This document shows positions 42,076 to 55,987 of a DNA stretch of 64,000 nt, one piece after another. Below the pieces are notes generated by a model. The model had not been told where the DNA came from, ran no database searches, and was given only the letters and a program-made list of their open reading frames with translations. Made by a program: the position numbers and the translations under genes. The stretch's first letter is position 1. Each line of letters opens with the position of its first letter. Source of the stretch: Bugula neritina (lineage: Eukaryota; Animalia; Bryozoa); assembly GCA_964035545.1 (NCBI GenBank), contig OZ037766.1, positions 28,069,673-28,133,672 on the forward strand, written 5' to 3'.

Positions 42076-44415
42076 AGACACTGACAATTGCTTGCTTCAA
42101 AAAAGTTTTGCATGGTGCATAACTGCAAATAAAATAGAACAAATTATCATGACTAATTTTTTGATGCTAACAGAAATTAGAATAATCAAATTTAATGTGG
42201 TTTGTACGATATGTCAGAATTTTATGTTTCGAAAGGTATGATTTTAAACTATGATTAGAATAAAAATTAATTCAGTGATTATTTACTAAAGTTTTACAGT
42301 TACACAAAAAAAGCTGATCATCACTCTGACAAAATTGAATCTTACAAAACTACAACAAGCTAACAAAAAAACATTCACTTAGAAAAGTTATGTAATGAAG
42401 CTTACGTGCACCAAATAATAGATAATAATATAAAAAGAGCAACATTCTTTACATAAAGTATGCAAATTTTAACGGAAAATAAAAAAAAATAATTGCATAC
42501 ATTTAAATAATTATTCTAGTAAAACATTTTTAGCTATTATAACTGGGGAATTGTAATTTTCACATTCTGTGTTACACTGTGTTAGACTGTGTTACACTGG
42601 GTAACTCAAATAAAATTATAGCTGCAGCAATGAAGCAGTTAATTTATAAGATAAACTTCTAATCATTATAAAAGCAAAAAACGCTGGCTGTTGAAATATA
42701 GTTGCTGTATCATATAATATATAACTGACATGATTTGAAATGTCAGTCATCATTATTATTTTAGCTAATATGCTTTTGTCCTTTTTATATAAACTATTTC
42801 TTACACCACGGTATTACATATCACAATAGAAAAAGAGAAACAATTATATAATTAACTTTTTGTTGTCTTTTGGCGCAGTGTATGCTTATAGATGCATTAA
42901 AAATATATAGCAATTAAACAGTGTTAATGAATAGGCAGGTTTTTTGTCTATATGCCTGGGAGGCAATTTTAACTTGATTAAATTTAATACAATGCTGATA
43001 ATTTCATACAGTAATATTAAAGGTAAATTATTTCTTATGATTAGAGAATAATGTATACCTTCTTAAGTAAGCCTTTGATATTAGAGATGAAAGTGGAAGT
43101 GTTAACATTGACTGATCCAGTCATTTGCAAAGCTTAACAGGATCATGTATCGCAAACATTTACTTTAGTTAGTTAAACTAATTTAAGTTAAATTAAGTTA
43201 TAAAAATCAATAATTAAAGTTTATCAGCATTAGAATTATAATTAAACACAAATGCTTACTAGAATTCAATATTGCTGGTAAATTTTAATTTGAAACAAAT
43301 AGAAACTTTGGAAACACCAGCAACGATCCATTTTATGTAGCCATATATATATTTCAACAAATAATCTAGTTATTATTTAGTTGTAGTTAGTAGCTTGTTA
43401 TAAGTTTTTGAAATTAGGTCAACTGATGGCCCTTTGCCAGCTGTAGGAAGTGACCTACAGAAAGTATAAATGGCTATTTGCTAAAGATACAAAATATTTT
43501 CTATGTATAGATAGCTGCACAGTACCTAACACATAACAACATTTTCCATATATGCTTCCATTTTATTTTACACTAATAAGTTCACGAAATGTTTAGGTAT
43601 TTTTCAATTGAATGTTAATTTACGCTATTGTTTCATAATCTTACTATAATTGGGGGCAATCAGGCAATGCGTGTTAAGTCGCTGTCATATTTAAATACTG
43701 AATAGATTTTAATCTCCATTCATGGCTTCGAGTTATATGAGATCTAATCCTTTCTGTACTGGGCACAACTTTTCTAAATTAAAATAATTATGCTTTAACC
43801 TAATGGGGTGAATTGCTTTTAAAGTCATTTTATTGAAAAACAACATCTCTGAAACAAATATCATTAAATGAAAATCACATTTCAGACAACATATAGATAA
43901 GCAATAGGATCAAAGCATAAAACCTAAAGTAACCCCTAATATAAAAACACAATAATAAATTAAAAACATTTATTTACTAATGTTTTAATGCATGTTTAGA
44001 TTAACATGTACCCTCAAATTTGTTGATTTCTTGAAATAAATTATTTTAAATGTTTTCCAAAATTATTGTAGCTTAACGGTGAACCAATATTGAATTCACA
44101 TAACCAGATTAAACAGCTTGCTTTCCAATTTGTAATATCTTTGAGCAGCCAATCAGAAGCAAGTATATATACCATTACATGCATGACAAAGTGAAAATTT
44201 GTTTTCTTTAAGTTTGAAAGTGCATCATGCACCCCTTTCAAAAGCTCTAAAGCAAAAGAAAAAATAAAACTTTGAATCCTAATGCTACTTAACATGTAAC
44301 TTCATACAAAAATACATTTTTTAATGAATGTCTTTTATTAAATGCTAGCAAAAACAACAGGGTAATCTTCAACAGTTGCAAGCTACGTATGTAGTCCTTA
44401 AAAACTCAAAGCATT

Positions 44416-46562
44416 TTAGTCAATAAGACGCAGGGTAAGATTTCCTGTCGGATTTCCATTCCCATTTCTTAAATACATATTTCCACAGCAAGCCATACAA
44501 TGTTTTTCTGCCATCTGTGGCCTAGCCACATTAAAATATGCATAGGAAACATATCCTAAACACTTTAGTTCCACATCCTCTTCTAGTTGAAATTGAGTGC
44601 CTGTAGAATATGATAGTGCAGTCAGTTGATTGTTTTAATAATATTAATTTTGCCAAATAAGAAAGGTTTTCTCAATTTTGCTATAGCAAATCTTTTTCTA
44701 TTCAAGGGCATTAGGCAACTATACATTATTTTTTACTTACCTTCAATATCAAATCTAACTTTACTTCCATCAGTTGTATATCCTCCACAACCTGAACAGT
44801 TATCAGCATAGCCAACCTCCAGTGGTGTTGTACCTTTTGATATTGTAGAAAATCTCAAATCATCCAATCGTATGTTCAGTGTAGTCAAGTCAATTCCATA
44901 TTTGGTAAAGCTGAAAATATGTAGATCCGATCAATATGACTTGATGATGCTCAGCAATACACATAACATAATAGTTATAGTGATTAACCAACGTATCTAG
45001 TGCATAAAAGGTGACATGAATTTTCAAATTTAATATTTTATATCACTATATTATCTTTATATGTAACTTTATTTTGTGCTGATCGAGGAGGGGACAAATC
45101 TTCAAACAGCTGCTGGTTTAACCTTGAAAATTTCAAGTTACAGAAATATAAATACTTTAATTTTACTCAAGGGTTCACCATACTCACTTCATGTTTGTCT
45201 CTTTACCATGAAGGTAGTTATTTTCAGCCCCTGAAGGTAAATTTAGATAAGCTAAAGCGGCTGAGTTATTGCTGACTTGAAAGCAATAAATGCTGCCAAT
45301 AACTGGAACTCCATTTAAAGATACAGAATAATTTGCTTCCTTGAAGTTTTGCCTGGTTACAGTTGTGGGGCATCCTTCTGTAATGGTTTTACATTGATTT
45401 TCAATATTCACGATATTTAGACAGTTTTGTTTAAGATTTATGAAGTAGTAAGGGTTGGTAACGCATAAATAATAAAGATTATTCTTAATAAACAAACTAT
45501 AGTGTTGCATATTACATGCAATGCATTGGCCATAAAATCAATATATTTTTCATCTTATAGTTTGTTAGCATTACTTCAATTACAAAGGTTAGGCTGTAAA
45601 CTATACAATACTATTTTATAACAAACCGTTGTTGCATTTGAAAAAAAGTGCCCATATTCAAGGGAAATTTACGTTTCATCTGTTATATATATATTATTTT
45701 GACTTAAGTATTACGGCACTCTTTAGGCGCCTTAAGTATAAAACAATGTTTTCAATTTGAAATTTAGTTTTTACCTGGCAACTACACATTCCAACCATGA
45801 TCATCTGTGTTCCACATATGGATATCAGTATACAGAATAATCTCACATATTTTTAACTCTGGGTGGAAGTTAAACCCGTTACACTCTTGATGATTCAGAC
45901 AGAACTAGAAGGTATGAAGTGTAATACAGCTGTAATTTATCTCAGCAAAGCAAAATACATTTTACTCAATATATTTATATTTCTTTAATGCATAATACAA
46001 ACAGTTTTATATGCCATTCACAAATTATTTAAAAATATTGCTATTTTTTAGCAATTAATAAGTTGCCTTATGTTACTGTAGCCATACTGGTATTTATATG
46101 TTAAAGTAGTAATATACCTGAGAACAGAGAGACACTGCTGGTATTTTATTTATTGTTTTTATTCCTGAACCCAAATTTTTTATTCTCTTCTCTTCCTTAG
46201 ACTTTTGGAATCTTAGGTCTGCTCCACTACAGACAATAGTCGTAGCTAAAACACATTACAAATTTTCTGTTTTATTATAGTGACATCAATATATAACAAC
46301 TATAGCCAACTATAATAATGAAGTTTATTTTATAAAAAAATCTAAAACATAATTAATGTGCAAAAAACTTATCCTTTCAGCTTTTACATATTTCAGTACA
46401 TCGTTTATTATAAAATTTGCTAAAACTATAATATAAAAGCACTAATATTTCAAACTATTTTTTATACACACGCCGTTAACTATCTCGATCAGATTAATAA
46501 ATTCAAAACACTTTACCTGAAAAATATAAGCAGTACAGAGTATATCTCACAATACCCTTCAT
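44416..46562 (-). pseudogene. G1: secreted PAN/apple + GON-like domain gene with one nonsense codon
   Basis: Exons 46562-46517, 46245-46118, 45904-45775, 45377-45188, 44910-44741, 44600-44416, all phase-consistent. TAG at 45782-45784 (GWNV*LP versus GWNVWLP in G2). Confidence 0.82.
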
Positions 46563-48439
46563 AACATATTTAAGTTGCAACCTGACTAGAACACGACTTT
46601 AAGAAGAATATAATGTTAATAGCTAAATATTAGCCTTTTATGGGCTAATTTTCAATAACAACATTTCAAAGCTATACATGATTTAGAAAACACTTGTTAA
46701 AAGTCTATTAAAGTAGATTTATCATTAATTAATAAAATTATGTCAACATAGCCTATACTTTATCTAAAACACCAATTGTAAACATTACGATATGTTTATT
46801 TAACAATTAACTTCTAAATAACAACACTTCAAAGCTGAACATTATTTAGAAAGCACTTCCTAAATGTTTAAAGTAGATTTATCATAAATAATAAGGCATA
46901 TGCCAATGTTATAAATTGCTTAATTTAAAAAATATAGGCATTACGTTAAGCTGTAGCAATTAAACCTATGACTAGGTTAAGTGTTTTGTCTATATGCCTG
47001 GGAGGTATTTTTAATTTGATCAATTTTAATATAATGCTGATAATTTCATACAGTAATATTACGGGTAAATTATTTCTTATGATTAGAGAAAAATGCATAC
47101 CTTCTTAAGTAAGCCTTTGATATTAGAGATGAAAGCGGAAGTGTTAACGTTGGCTGATGCAGTCATTTGCAAAGCTTAACAGGATCATGTACCCCAAACA
47201 TTTACTTTAGTTAGTTAAACTAATTTAAGTTAAATTAAGTTATAAAAATCAATAATTAAAGTTTATCAGCATTATATTTATGATTAAACACAAATGCTTA
47301 CTAAAATTCAATGTTGCTTGTAAAATTTCAATTTGAAACAAATAGAAACTTTGGAAACACCAATGATCCATTTTATGTAGCCACATATATATTTCAACAA
47401 ATATTCTAGTTATTATTCAGTTGTAGTTTGTAGCTTGTTAGTAATTTTTGAAATTAAGTGAATTGATGGCCCTTTTCCAGCTGTAGGAAATGACCTAAAT
47501 TAGGAAGTATAGATGCGGTTATATTGGCTAAAGATATATGTTTTTTCTATATATAGATAGTTGCACAGTATACAGTAGCTAACACATAACAACATTTTCC
47601 ATATATTATTTCCATTTTATTTTACACCAATAAGTTTACAAAATGTTTAGGTAATCTTTTATTGAATGGTAATTTCTGTTATTGTTTCATAATCTTTTTA
47701 TTGAGCAAATTCAGGCAATGGGTGTTAATTCACTGTCATATATAATAACTAAATATATTTTGGTCTCCATGGCTTCGATTTATGTATAGGATCTATAATT
47801 CTTTTTATGCCTGATCAACATGACTTGTAATTCTAAATCAAAATAGGCTTTTTTAACACTGTAAATTGCATTTTAAGTCATTTTATTGAAAAGCAACATC
47901 TCTGGAATAAATAACATTATTAAAAAACAATAAATTTCAGACAACATATAGATAATCAATAGGATCACAGTATAACACCTAAAGTAATCCTTGATACAAA
48001 AAACAGTAATAAATTAAAAACATTCATTTACTAAATGTTTTAATGTTTATATTAATACCTTCAACATTATTGACTTCTTTAAATAAATTATTTAAAACGT
48101 TTTCCAAACCCAACGGTGAACCAATGTTGAATTCACATAACCAGATTAAACAGCTTGATTTCCAATTTGTAATATCTTTGAGCAGCCAATCAGAAGTAAG
48201 TATATATACCATTGTTTAACTTGCTAATTTTATGCATGACAAAGTAAAATTATTTTTTATTTAAGCCTGAAAGTGCATCATGCACCCATTTTAAAACCTC
48301 TGAAGCAAAAAAAAAATAAAACTTTGAATCCTAATGTTACTTCATGTTTTAATGAATGTTTTTTATTCAATACTAGCAAAAACAATAAAGTAATCTTCAA
48401 AATTAGTAAGTTATTTAGTCTTTAACAACTCAAAGCATT

Positions 48440-50488
48440 TTAGTCAATAAGACGCAGTGTAAGGTTTCCACTCTCATTTCCCAAATGCATATTTCCACAG
48501 CAGGCGGTACAATGACTTTCTGCCACCTGTGACCTAGCTACATTAAAATATACGATTGGGTGGTATCCTAAGCACTTTAGTTCCACATCTTCCTCTAGTT
48601 GAAATTGAGTGCTTAGCTGTAGAATATGATATTGATTTTGCCAAATAAAAACTTTTTCCCAGTTGCTATATACATAACAAATATTTTACTATTCAAGTGC
48701 ATTAAGCAACTATTTTAATGTTTACTAACCTTCAATATCAAATCTAATTTTACTTCTATCAGTTGTATTTCCTCCACAACCTGAACAGTTATCAGCATAG
48801 CCAACCTCCAGTGGAGTTGCACCTCTTGATATTGTAGAAAATCTCAAATCATTCAATCGTATGTTCAGTGTAGTCAAGTCAATTCCATATTTGGTAAAGC
48901 TGGAATTAGATCACAATCAATACGATTTCATGATGCTCAGCAATACACATATTATAAACATTATATTGATTAACCAACATACATACATGGAAAGCTGTAT
49001 GTATTAGATAAAAGGGCAGCACGACTTCTCAAATTATATGTTGTATATACATTATTTTTATATGTAACTCTATTTTATGCTAACAAGGTGACAAATCCCA
49101 GGACAGTTGCTGCTTCAACTTTGAAAAAAATTTAAACTTTTAAATATATACAGCATATATAGTTCGGTTTTACTAACTATAGTTCTTTATATAACTTACT
49201 TCATGCTTGTATACCGGCCATGAAGGTAATTATTTTTAGCCCCAGAGGGTAGATTTATATAAGCTAAGGCAGCTGAGTTATTGCTGACTTGAAGACAATA
49301 AATGCTGCCAATAACTGGAATTCCGTTTAAGGATACAGAATAGTTTGCTTCTGTGAACTTTGACCTGGCTACAGTTGTTGGGCATCCTTCTGTAATGGTA
49401 TTACATTGATTTTCAATATTTATAATATTTATACAGATTTGTTTAATTTTCAAAAAAATCAAGAATAAATTTATACATATATTATAGATCAGATAATTTA
49501 TAGATATATTGCCTTATAAAGCAGTAAAAAATCTACATATAATAAACTATGCACTAAATACAAGTTATTACAATAGTTTTTCTTAGATTCTTAGCATATA
49601 GTTCAAGTCTCAACAGATTAGTTTTAATTGAATTTTTATTTTTACAATGTAGCTAATTTGCATTATAAAATTAAAAAATTGAACAGTCTATACATAAAAT
49701 GATGCACTCAAATTTTTATATTCGGTATGCATATCTGAACAAAACTTTTATCGTATTATTCATGGTTACCTGGCAACCACACATTCCAACCCTTATCATC
49801 TGTGTTCCATATATGGATATCAGTATACAGTATAATCTCACATATTTCTAACTCTGGGTGGAAGTTGAACCCGTTACACTATTGATGATTCAGACAAAGC
49901 TAAAACATATGGAGTGTGATACAGCTGTAGCTTATCTTAGCAAAGTGAAAACATATTCATGTAGAAAATGTTAGTTTTAGTCAAATATAAAGCAAATAAT
50001 TATATATCATCTAGGATAATGATTGAAAAATATTAGTCAATTTTTAATGATTATTAAGTTTCTTATGCAACACTAGGTAGCCATACATGTATTTATATGT
50101 TAAAATAGTAACATACCTGAGAACAGAGAGACACTGCTGATATTTTATTTTTTATTTCTATTCCTGAACCCAAAGACTTTATTCTCTTCTCTTTCATAGA
50201 CTTTTGAAACCTTAGTTCTGTTCCACTACAGGCAGGAGTAACAGCTAAAATATGTTAAAATTATATAATTATGTTTTATCAGTACTATTAAAGTAACATA
50301 CTTGGTAGACTATAACTCAGTTTCCTATATAAAACATCTGCATTTAAAAAAAATGGAAAAAGTTGTATAAAACCAACATTTCGAACTATTTTTCTGTGTA
50401 CGTCAGCTATAGCTCCGATTAAAAAATGTATAAGCATTTTACCTGAAAGATGTAAGTAATACAAAAAATATTTAACAATACGCCTCAT
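48440..50488 (-). pseudogene. G2: PAN/apple + GON-like pseudogene
   Basis: Exons 50488-50443, 50244-50117, 49899-49770, 49389-49200, 48899-48730, ~48616-48440. TAG at 49879-49881 (GAG in G1) and a 4-nt insertion at the last acceptor. Confidence 0.82.
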
Positions 50489-50839
50489 AATGTATTTGTT
50501 TCAACCTGATTAGAACACAACTTTAGACAGAATAAACTATTGTTGGCTCAACAGTAGCTTTTCAAAGACTACTTTCTAAATAACAACACTTCAAAGCCAA
50601 ATATAATTGGGAAAATACTTTTTAAATGTTTATAGTAGATTTATCGTTAATTATTAAATTTATGTCAACATGGGTAACTTAATTTAAAACACCAAGTAAG
50701 TATTATAATATATTATAATGTAGCAAACAGTTTATTTAACAAAGAATTGTAAGTTTGTTGTTTTGATGCCTGGTAAGTATTGGTATTCTAATCAATTTTT
50801 ATAATCTCATTAAGCAATATATAGAAACTGTCTATTGTG

Positions 50840-50899
<60 letters not shown>

Positions 50900-50974
50900 C
50901 CTATATACAACTGTCATAAATTTTTACTAATATCTACAAGGAATATCTACAAGGAATTGTCTTTTCCTTTAACG

Positions 50975-51090
50975 TAGGGCCACACGGTGCGCATTTTCGC
51001 ATGAAAAAATTTAAACTACAAGTATAAAAGGTGTCCACTGTATGCGTTGAGAAAATATTCACCTGCGGAAATTTGCACCTTGTAGCCCTA
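50975..51090. mobile_element. Short degenerate MITE-like inverted repeat
   Basis: TAGGGCCACACGGTGCGCATTT ... AAATTTGCACCTTGTAGCCCTA, imperfect inverted termini. Confidence 0.45.
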
Positions 51091-52000
51091 AGCCTAATTT
51101 TTATCCTGAAACTGTCAATTATAATTTATTGAAAGTAAAATGTCTTGAGCATGGTTGCTTTTACAATGTAATACAGCTGAGCCAAATTTAATTTCTGACT
51201 GAAAATCATTTTAAGATATAAACTAACATTAAGTCATTATGCTACAAAGTGTTGTACATGCAGCTAAAATTGTGGACAGCGATATAACAATATTCAGCAT
51301 GGCAATCAACAACAACCAACCAACAAATAACTTGTAAAGCAATATAACATTCCTAATCACTATTAGTAGAAGACTTTCATAGCATATTCATAGATTATTA
51401 CGATTACAATTATAGTTTAGGTGTTTCTCTGTGTCTGTGTGTGTGCATTTGCTTGCTTGCTTGCTTGTCTGTTTGCCTGTGTGCGTGTTTGCTTATGTTT
51501 GTTTGCCTGTGTGTGTGCGCTCGCGGGAGCGCGTGTGTTGTGCGAATATACTGAGAAAATAAACATGCGATTAAACTGAGGTAGCAGCATGTCAAAAGTG
51601 GTGAATATTTCATCATGGTATATTTTCATCATTAAAAAATTTGTATTAGAGTTTCATATTCATTGCAGTTTACAATGAGCCTAAACTTTTAAACTTATGT
51701 CTAACCAAAAGGTTTTAAGCTATTTCTGTTTGAATAAAATGTTCATGCAAAGCACTCAAATACAAACAGTTATTTTTCCTGTATAAATAACTTTTACAAT
51801 TACTTAAATTTCAAAGGCAGATGGCTTAGTCATTTCAACTTCCCTATTAGACTATTTGAAGAAAAACTTTTAAAAATCACAGTGTTTGATCTCTCTAATC
51901 AATCAATATAGGATATCCCTGTGTCAAGTTTAATGCAGGTCAGGCATTGCATAATATGTTAGTTGTATTCAGCATAATTTATTGTACCCATCTGATCGGC

Positions 52001-55000
52001 ATGAAGCTGCAGGTGATATTTCAACTCATTATGTTTTTAGCAGGTATGTAACATGTTTTAATTTTTTTTATATATATACCTGGTTTATCTATATGTAGGG
52101 TTTTGCAAATGCTTGCCTTTATTTTGTGCAGCCAAACTGACGTATATGCATGCATACGTATTTTTTTGAGCAAATTGTTAAAATTAATTTATAAGTTTTA
52201 TTTAAAGTAATTCATGAAGTTACTCGTTTAAAATTAAAAAAATTTCTGCAAAACAGCTCTGAATTGACATTTACCCTAAAAAATTTAATTGGTAAAACAA
52301 ATTTTATTTATGGAATAGGGAACTTTTTTCAGATACTTGAATCAAATGCTTGAAGATTCAAAATATACATGACAATCTATCAAAACTACAATTCGCCTAG
52401 AAAAATTAATTACTGCAAAAAACATATAAAAGGTTTATATTGTTAGAGCCGTAACTTTGTTCACTTTTATTCTTCAACAAAGATTTTTGCCGTCATTTAA
52501 ATCACTTCATGTTTGATACACGATAGGCTATTGATTGTTATATGAGAAAAAGGAAAAGGACTTTTCAATCTGCAAATAACAGGAAATTTAGGTGATATCA
52601 AAGATTAAAAACACATTGTGTTGAAGGCTATAGGTGGCTACAGCCTATAGATTTAGTTTGCTGAATCTAATGCTGATAGAGTGTTTGAGCAAATTTGTTT
52701 GATTTTGCTATTAACCTGCGCCTGAACTCTGTTATGCTTTGATTGTTTTTAATACAGGTTATTGGCTCAAATTTATGTTGATAACTTGATATGTTGTTCA
52801 TCTGTTTTACTGCCATAATGTTATCAGCTATAGTAAACCCTGTTTTATATACAATAAGTCATTTAAGGTTTTGAAAAATTGGCCTAAACATTTTTATGCT
52901 TATATAGTTGATATTTTGAGTTTTAAAATAACAGTTAATTTCATAATCATTCATTGTGGTGTTGCATAGGTTTTACTGTGAGAAGTATGTTTTAGCTATA
53001 GTCTATTGCAACATTGTTTGTGAAAATAATTTTAACTACAAATGTTGCTTATAGAACTATATATTTTATAATATTTCAGCTAAAATTTGTTATTATTGAG
53101 CTATGTCAAAGCACATATAAGTATACATATATTTGAAAAATAATAAGTAAAATGACGAAAAGTTTGTAATGAGACGTAAAAGTAAATATTGCCATGAAAT
53201 GTTTTTAGCAGAACTGTCATTCTCTGAAGCTATAAGAATGAAGTTTGTAAAAATTAAAGGAAAAAGAATAAAAGCTTCAAATTCTGGATTAACTTTATTT
53301 AAAGAAACTTCAAAACTCCTCATTTGTGCAAAGGTAACATTGAAATTTTACTATACAGTTTTTGAAAGTCCATGAACCAATTATTTACACAATTATTTAT
53401 AGGCATTCTTCAGCTGCTTCTGCTATGTTTATTTATCTTTGTTGCAATAGGAATGTTTGGCTAATGAAGAATGCAATGGCTTTAATTATAACTCTATGGA
53501 ACAGAAGTGTGAAACATTCTTGTATTCAGTAGAACATCAACTGAGTGATGATAATGATGGCTGGACCTTATGGTTACCAGGTATATGTTATAAACTCTTA
53601 TACCTATATAAAGTTATCTTTGCTTTAGTAAATTATACTGGACATTATGGCTGGACATTATGGTTGCCAGGTGTGTTACTGCTCAACATATTACCTGTTA
53701 TTATATTATACATATAGGCATGTAGAACATGAATATAGCTAATATGTAGTATACAAGTGTTTGCAAATTGTCCATTCTTTTGTACTTATGTAAACGTAGA
53801 TTTAGTTGCTATAAAACTACATCAAAACAAGAAGGCTTTGCTCCTAGTTTTAGCATTACAGTCTATAATTTCTCTGCTATTTAATTCCTTTGCTTTAAAA
53901 TTTAAAAACCTTGCTAGTGTTATTCAATAATTTTTACTATAGCATAACATTTTATTTAGTGTAATGACAAAAAAGACACTGTCATTAAAGTATAATTTTA
54001 CTTGCCACTACACTGCATCTAATGTAGATAGTGAGTTTTCTCCTGTTTATATAAGTTTACCTTTTAATAATGACATTAGTGGATCCAGTTAGATGTACTG
54101 TAGATATTGCTAATGGGAAAGAAAATGTTAAGTTTTCAAATATATATTTAAATACTAATTATATCTTGCTGCTGAGGTAAATAAATTCATGCAGGACTAA
54201 AATATCTTATTACCCTCAAAACCAGGATATATTTAATTTATAAAAGTAAAAATTATTTCATATGAAAATATTATTGGGTTTTTTGAAAGTAAAAATGTCT
54301 ACTGCTAATAATAAACATTACTACTTAGAATTTAGAAAGTTTCCTAATAAGTAATTGTTTTATTATAGAAGCTTGTCCAACTGCAGCTGAAAGACCCAGC
54401 TTCGACAAATCTGATTACTCATTGGCTATAAATGGAGTTGCTGTTACTGGTAGCATATATTGTCAACGGATGGATGATCTAAACACTTTGTCTTTTCTTA
54501 ATCTTCCTACTGGTGCAGCCAGCAACTATCAGATTGGTCAAGACAATGATCAAGAGTGAGTGCTATAGCAACTTTTTATGCAAACTTGAAACAACTAGTC
54601 TTTATTTGTATGTATTTTTATAGCTTGCTACATGTTAAATGTTAGCCACATATTTCATTTATTAGTCAAATTAGTCAAAAGAGATTTAAATTATCTATAA
54701 TTAGTCATTAAAAGTGCCTAATACAGTATCATCCCAAACATATGTTATAGCCACATGGTATATTATAGTGAAAATTTTCTAAAAGCCAAAGAGCTTCACA
54801 CGTTTTAAACTAGATTTTTCAGAAGCAGATTTTTTAGGCTCGGTAGATCTGGTAAAATAACTTTGTAGCAGCAATATTTCCCCAATCATTACATTTGCAA
54901 CCAATAACTATTACAGTAAAGGTACAGCATGAAGGACATTTCATTTTATAGCTGATCAAACTCTTAGCCTCTCTGGCCAATTAACCATAGCCGCGTACAC

Positions 55001-55987
55001 GCTTAACTACAACATCCAATCTATAATATATCTATCACTAAGTTCTAAAGACTCCATCATGTGTATATCTATCTATATAACCATGCAGTATTGATTTATT
55101 TAAATAATCTGATTACCACAATATCACTTGGCAACAATTGACTACTAGCTGTAACCATGTGTGGTTGCAGTATATATAATAAAACTACACTGGAGTTTAG
55201 ATGTACATAATATAACATTGCAAAGAAAATTTATGTCTGAAATGTGTTCACACAATATTTTATTGTCGGTTGTAAAATAGTTTCAAATATAGCAAAATAA
55301 ATAATCTTGTTTGTCTGGTCTGATATAAGTTAAATAATTATGATTCAATTTACAAGCAATTAATACTAACTCAACTGAGCAACGTATCATGTTCATGTGT
55401 ACTATTCATGTAATGCTAAATCATTGGTTTACAAGGTTTACAAAGTACGGAATAGATTTGGAAACTTTTACCCTGAGACTGGATGACTTCACCTTTACTA
55501 CTACAACTAGAGGCACTAACAAACTAAATCTGGGATACACAGACAACTGTTCTGGTTGTGACGGATATACTACTACTAGGAGTCAGATTTACTTTGACAT
55601 AACCGGTAAGGTTTAGGCAGCCTTTAAAGTTAAACCTATATATAGCATTTAATAAAGAATATAAAAATATCAACATCGATTTATTTTTTATTACTTTATT
55701 GGAAACCAAGCAGCTGTTCGCAGCAACTTATACATTACTAAACAAATCTATTTAGTAAGTTACTTTAGTGCCATCAAATTACTGATATGCTGGCATATTT
55801 TGTAGGCACTCAGTTCGAGTTGAAAGATGACGTGACTTTCAGTAGCTCTGGTTACATTCCATACACTTATCACAATTCTAGAACTTCACAAAGAGTTGAG
55901 ACACAATGGACTGCATGCTGTGGCACGGCTTATTTTAGAAGTGGCTATGGAAGCAGCATTGGGCAAATTTCGCTGCGTCTTGTATAG
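52001..55987 (+). CDS. G3: intact secreted PAN/apple + GON-like domain protein (278 aa)
   Basis: Exons 52001-52043 (MKLQVIFQLIMFLA), 53209-53333, 53451-53580 (CAKECLANEECNGFNYNSMEQKCE, PAN pattern), 54369-54555, 55436-55605, 55806-55987; 837 nt, no stops. C-terminal part has GSIYC..M.....FLNLPTG...NY / FTKYGIDLET.....DDFTF......G....C / FDITGTQF / ACCG, matching the GON domain layout. Confidence 0.85.

Larger units (their letters stand above)
42930..50700. repeat. ~4-kb tandem duplication carrying genes G1 and G2
   Basis: ~42930-46960 is collinear with ~46980-50700 in exons, 3' flank and upstream region. Confidence 0.9.

Noticed and set aside
52001-55987. Calling G3 an ADAMTS9/20 fragment
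   Set aside because: It has its own signal-peptide exon and PAN domain; no metalloprotease or TSP1 exons are nearby.
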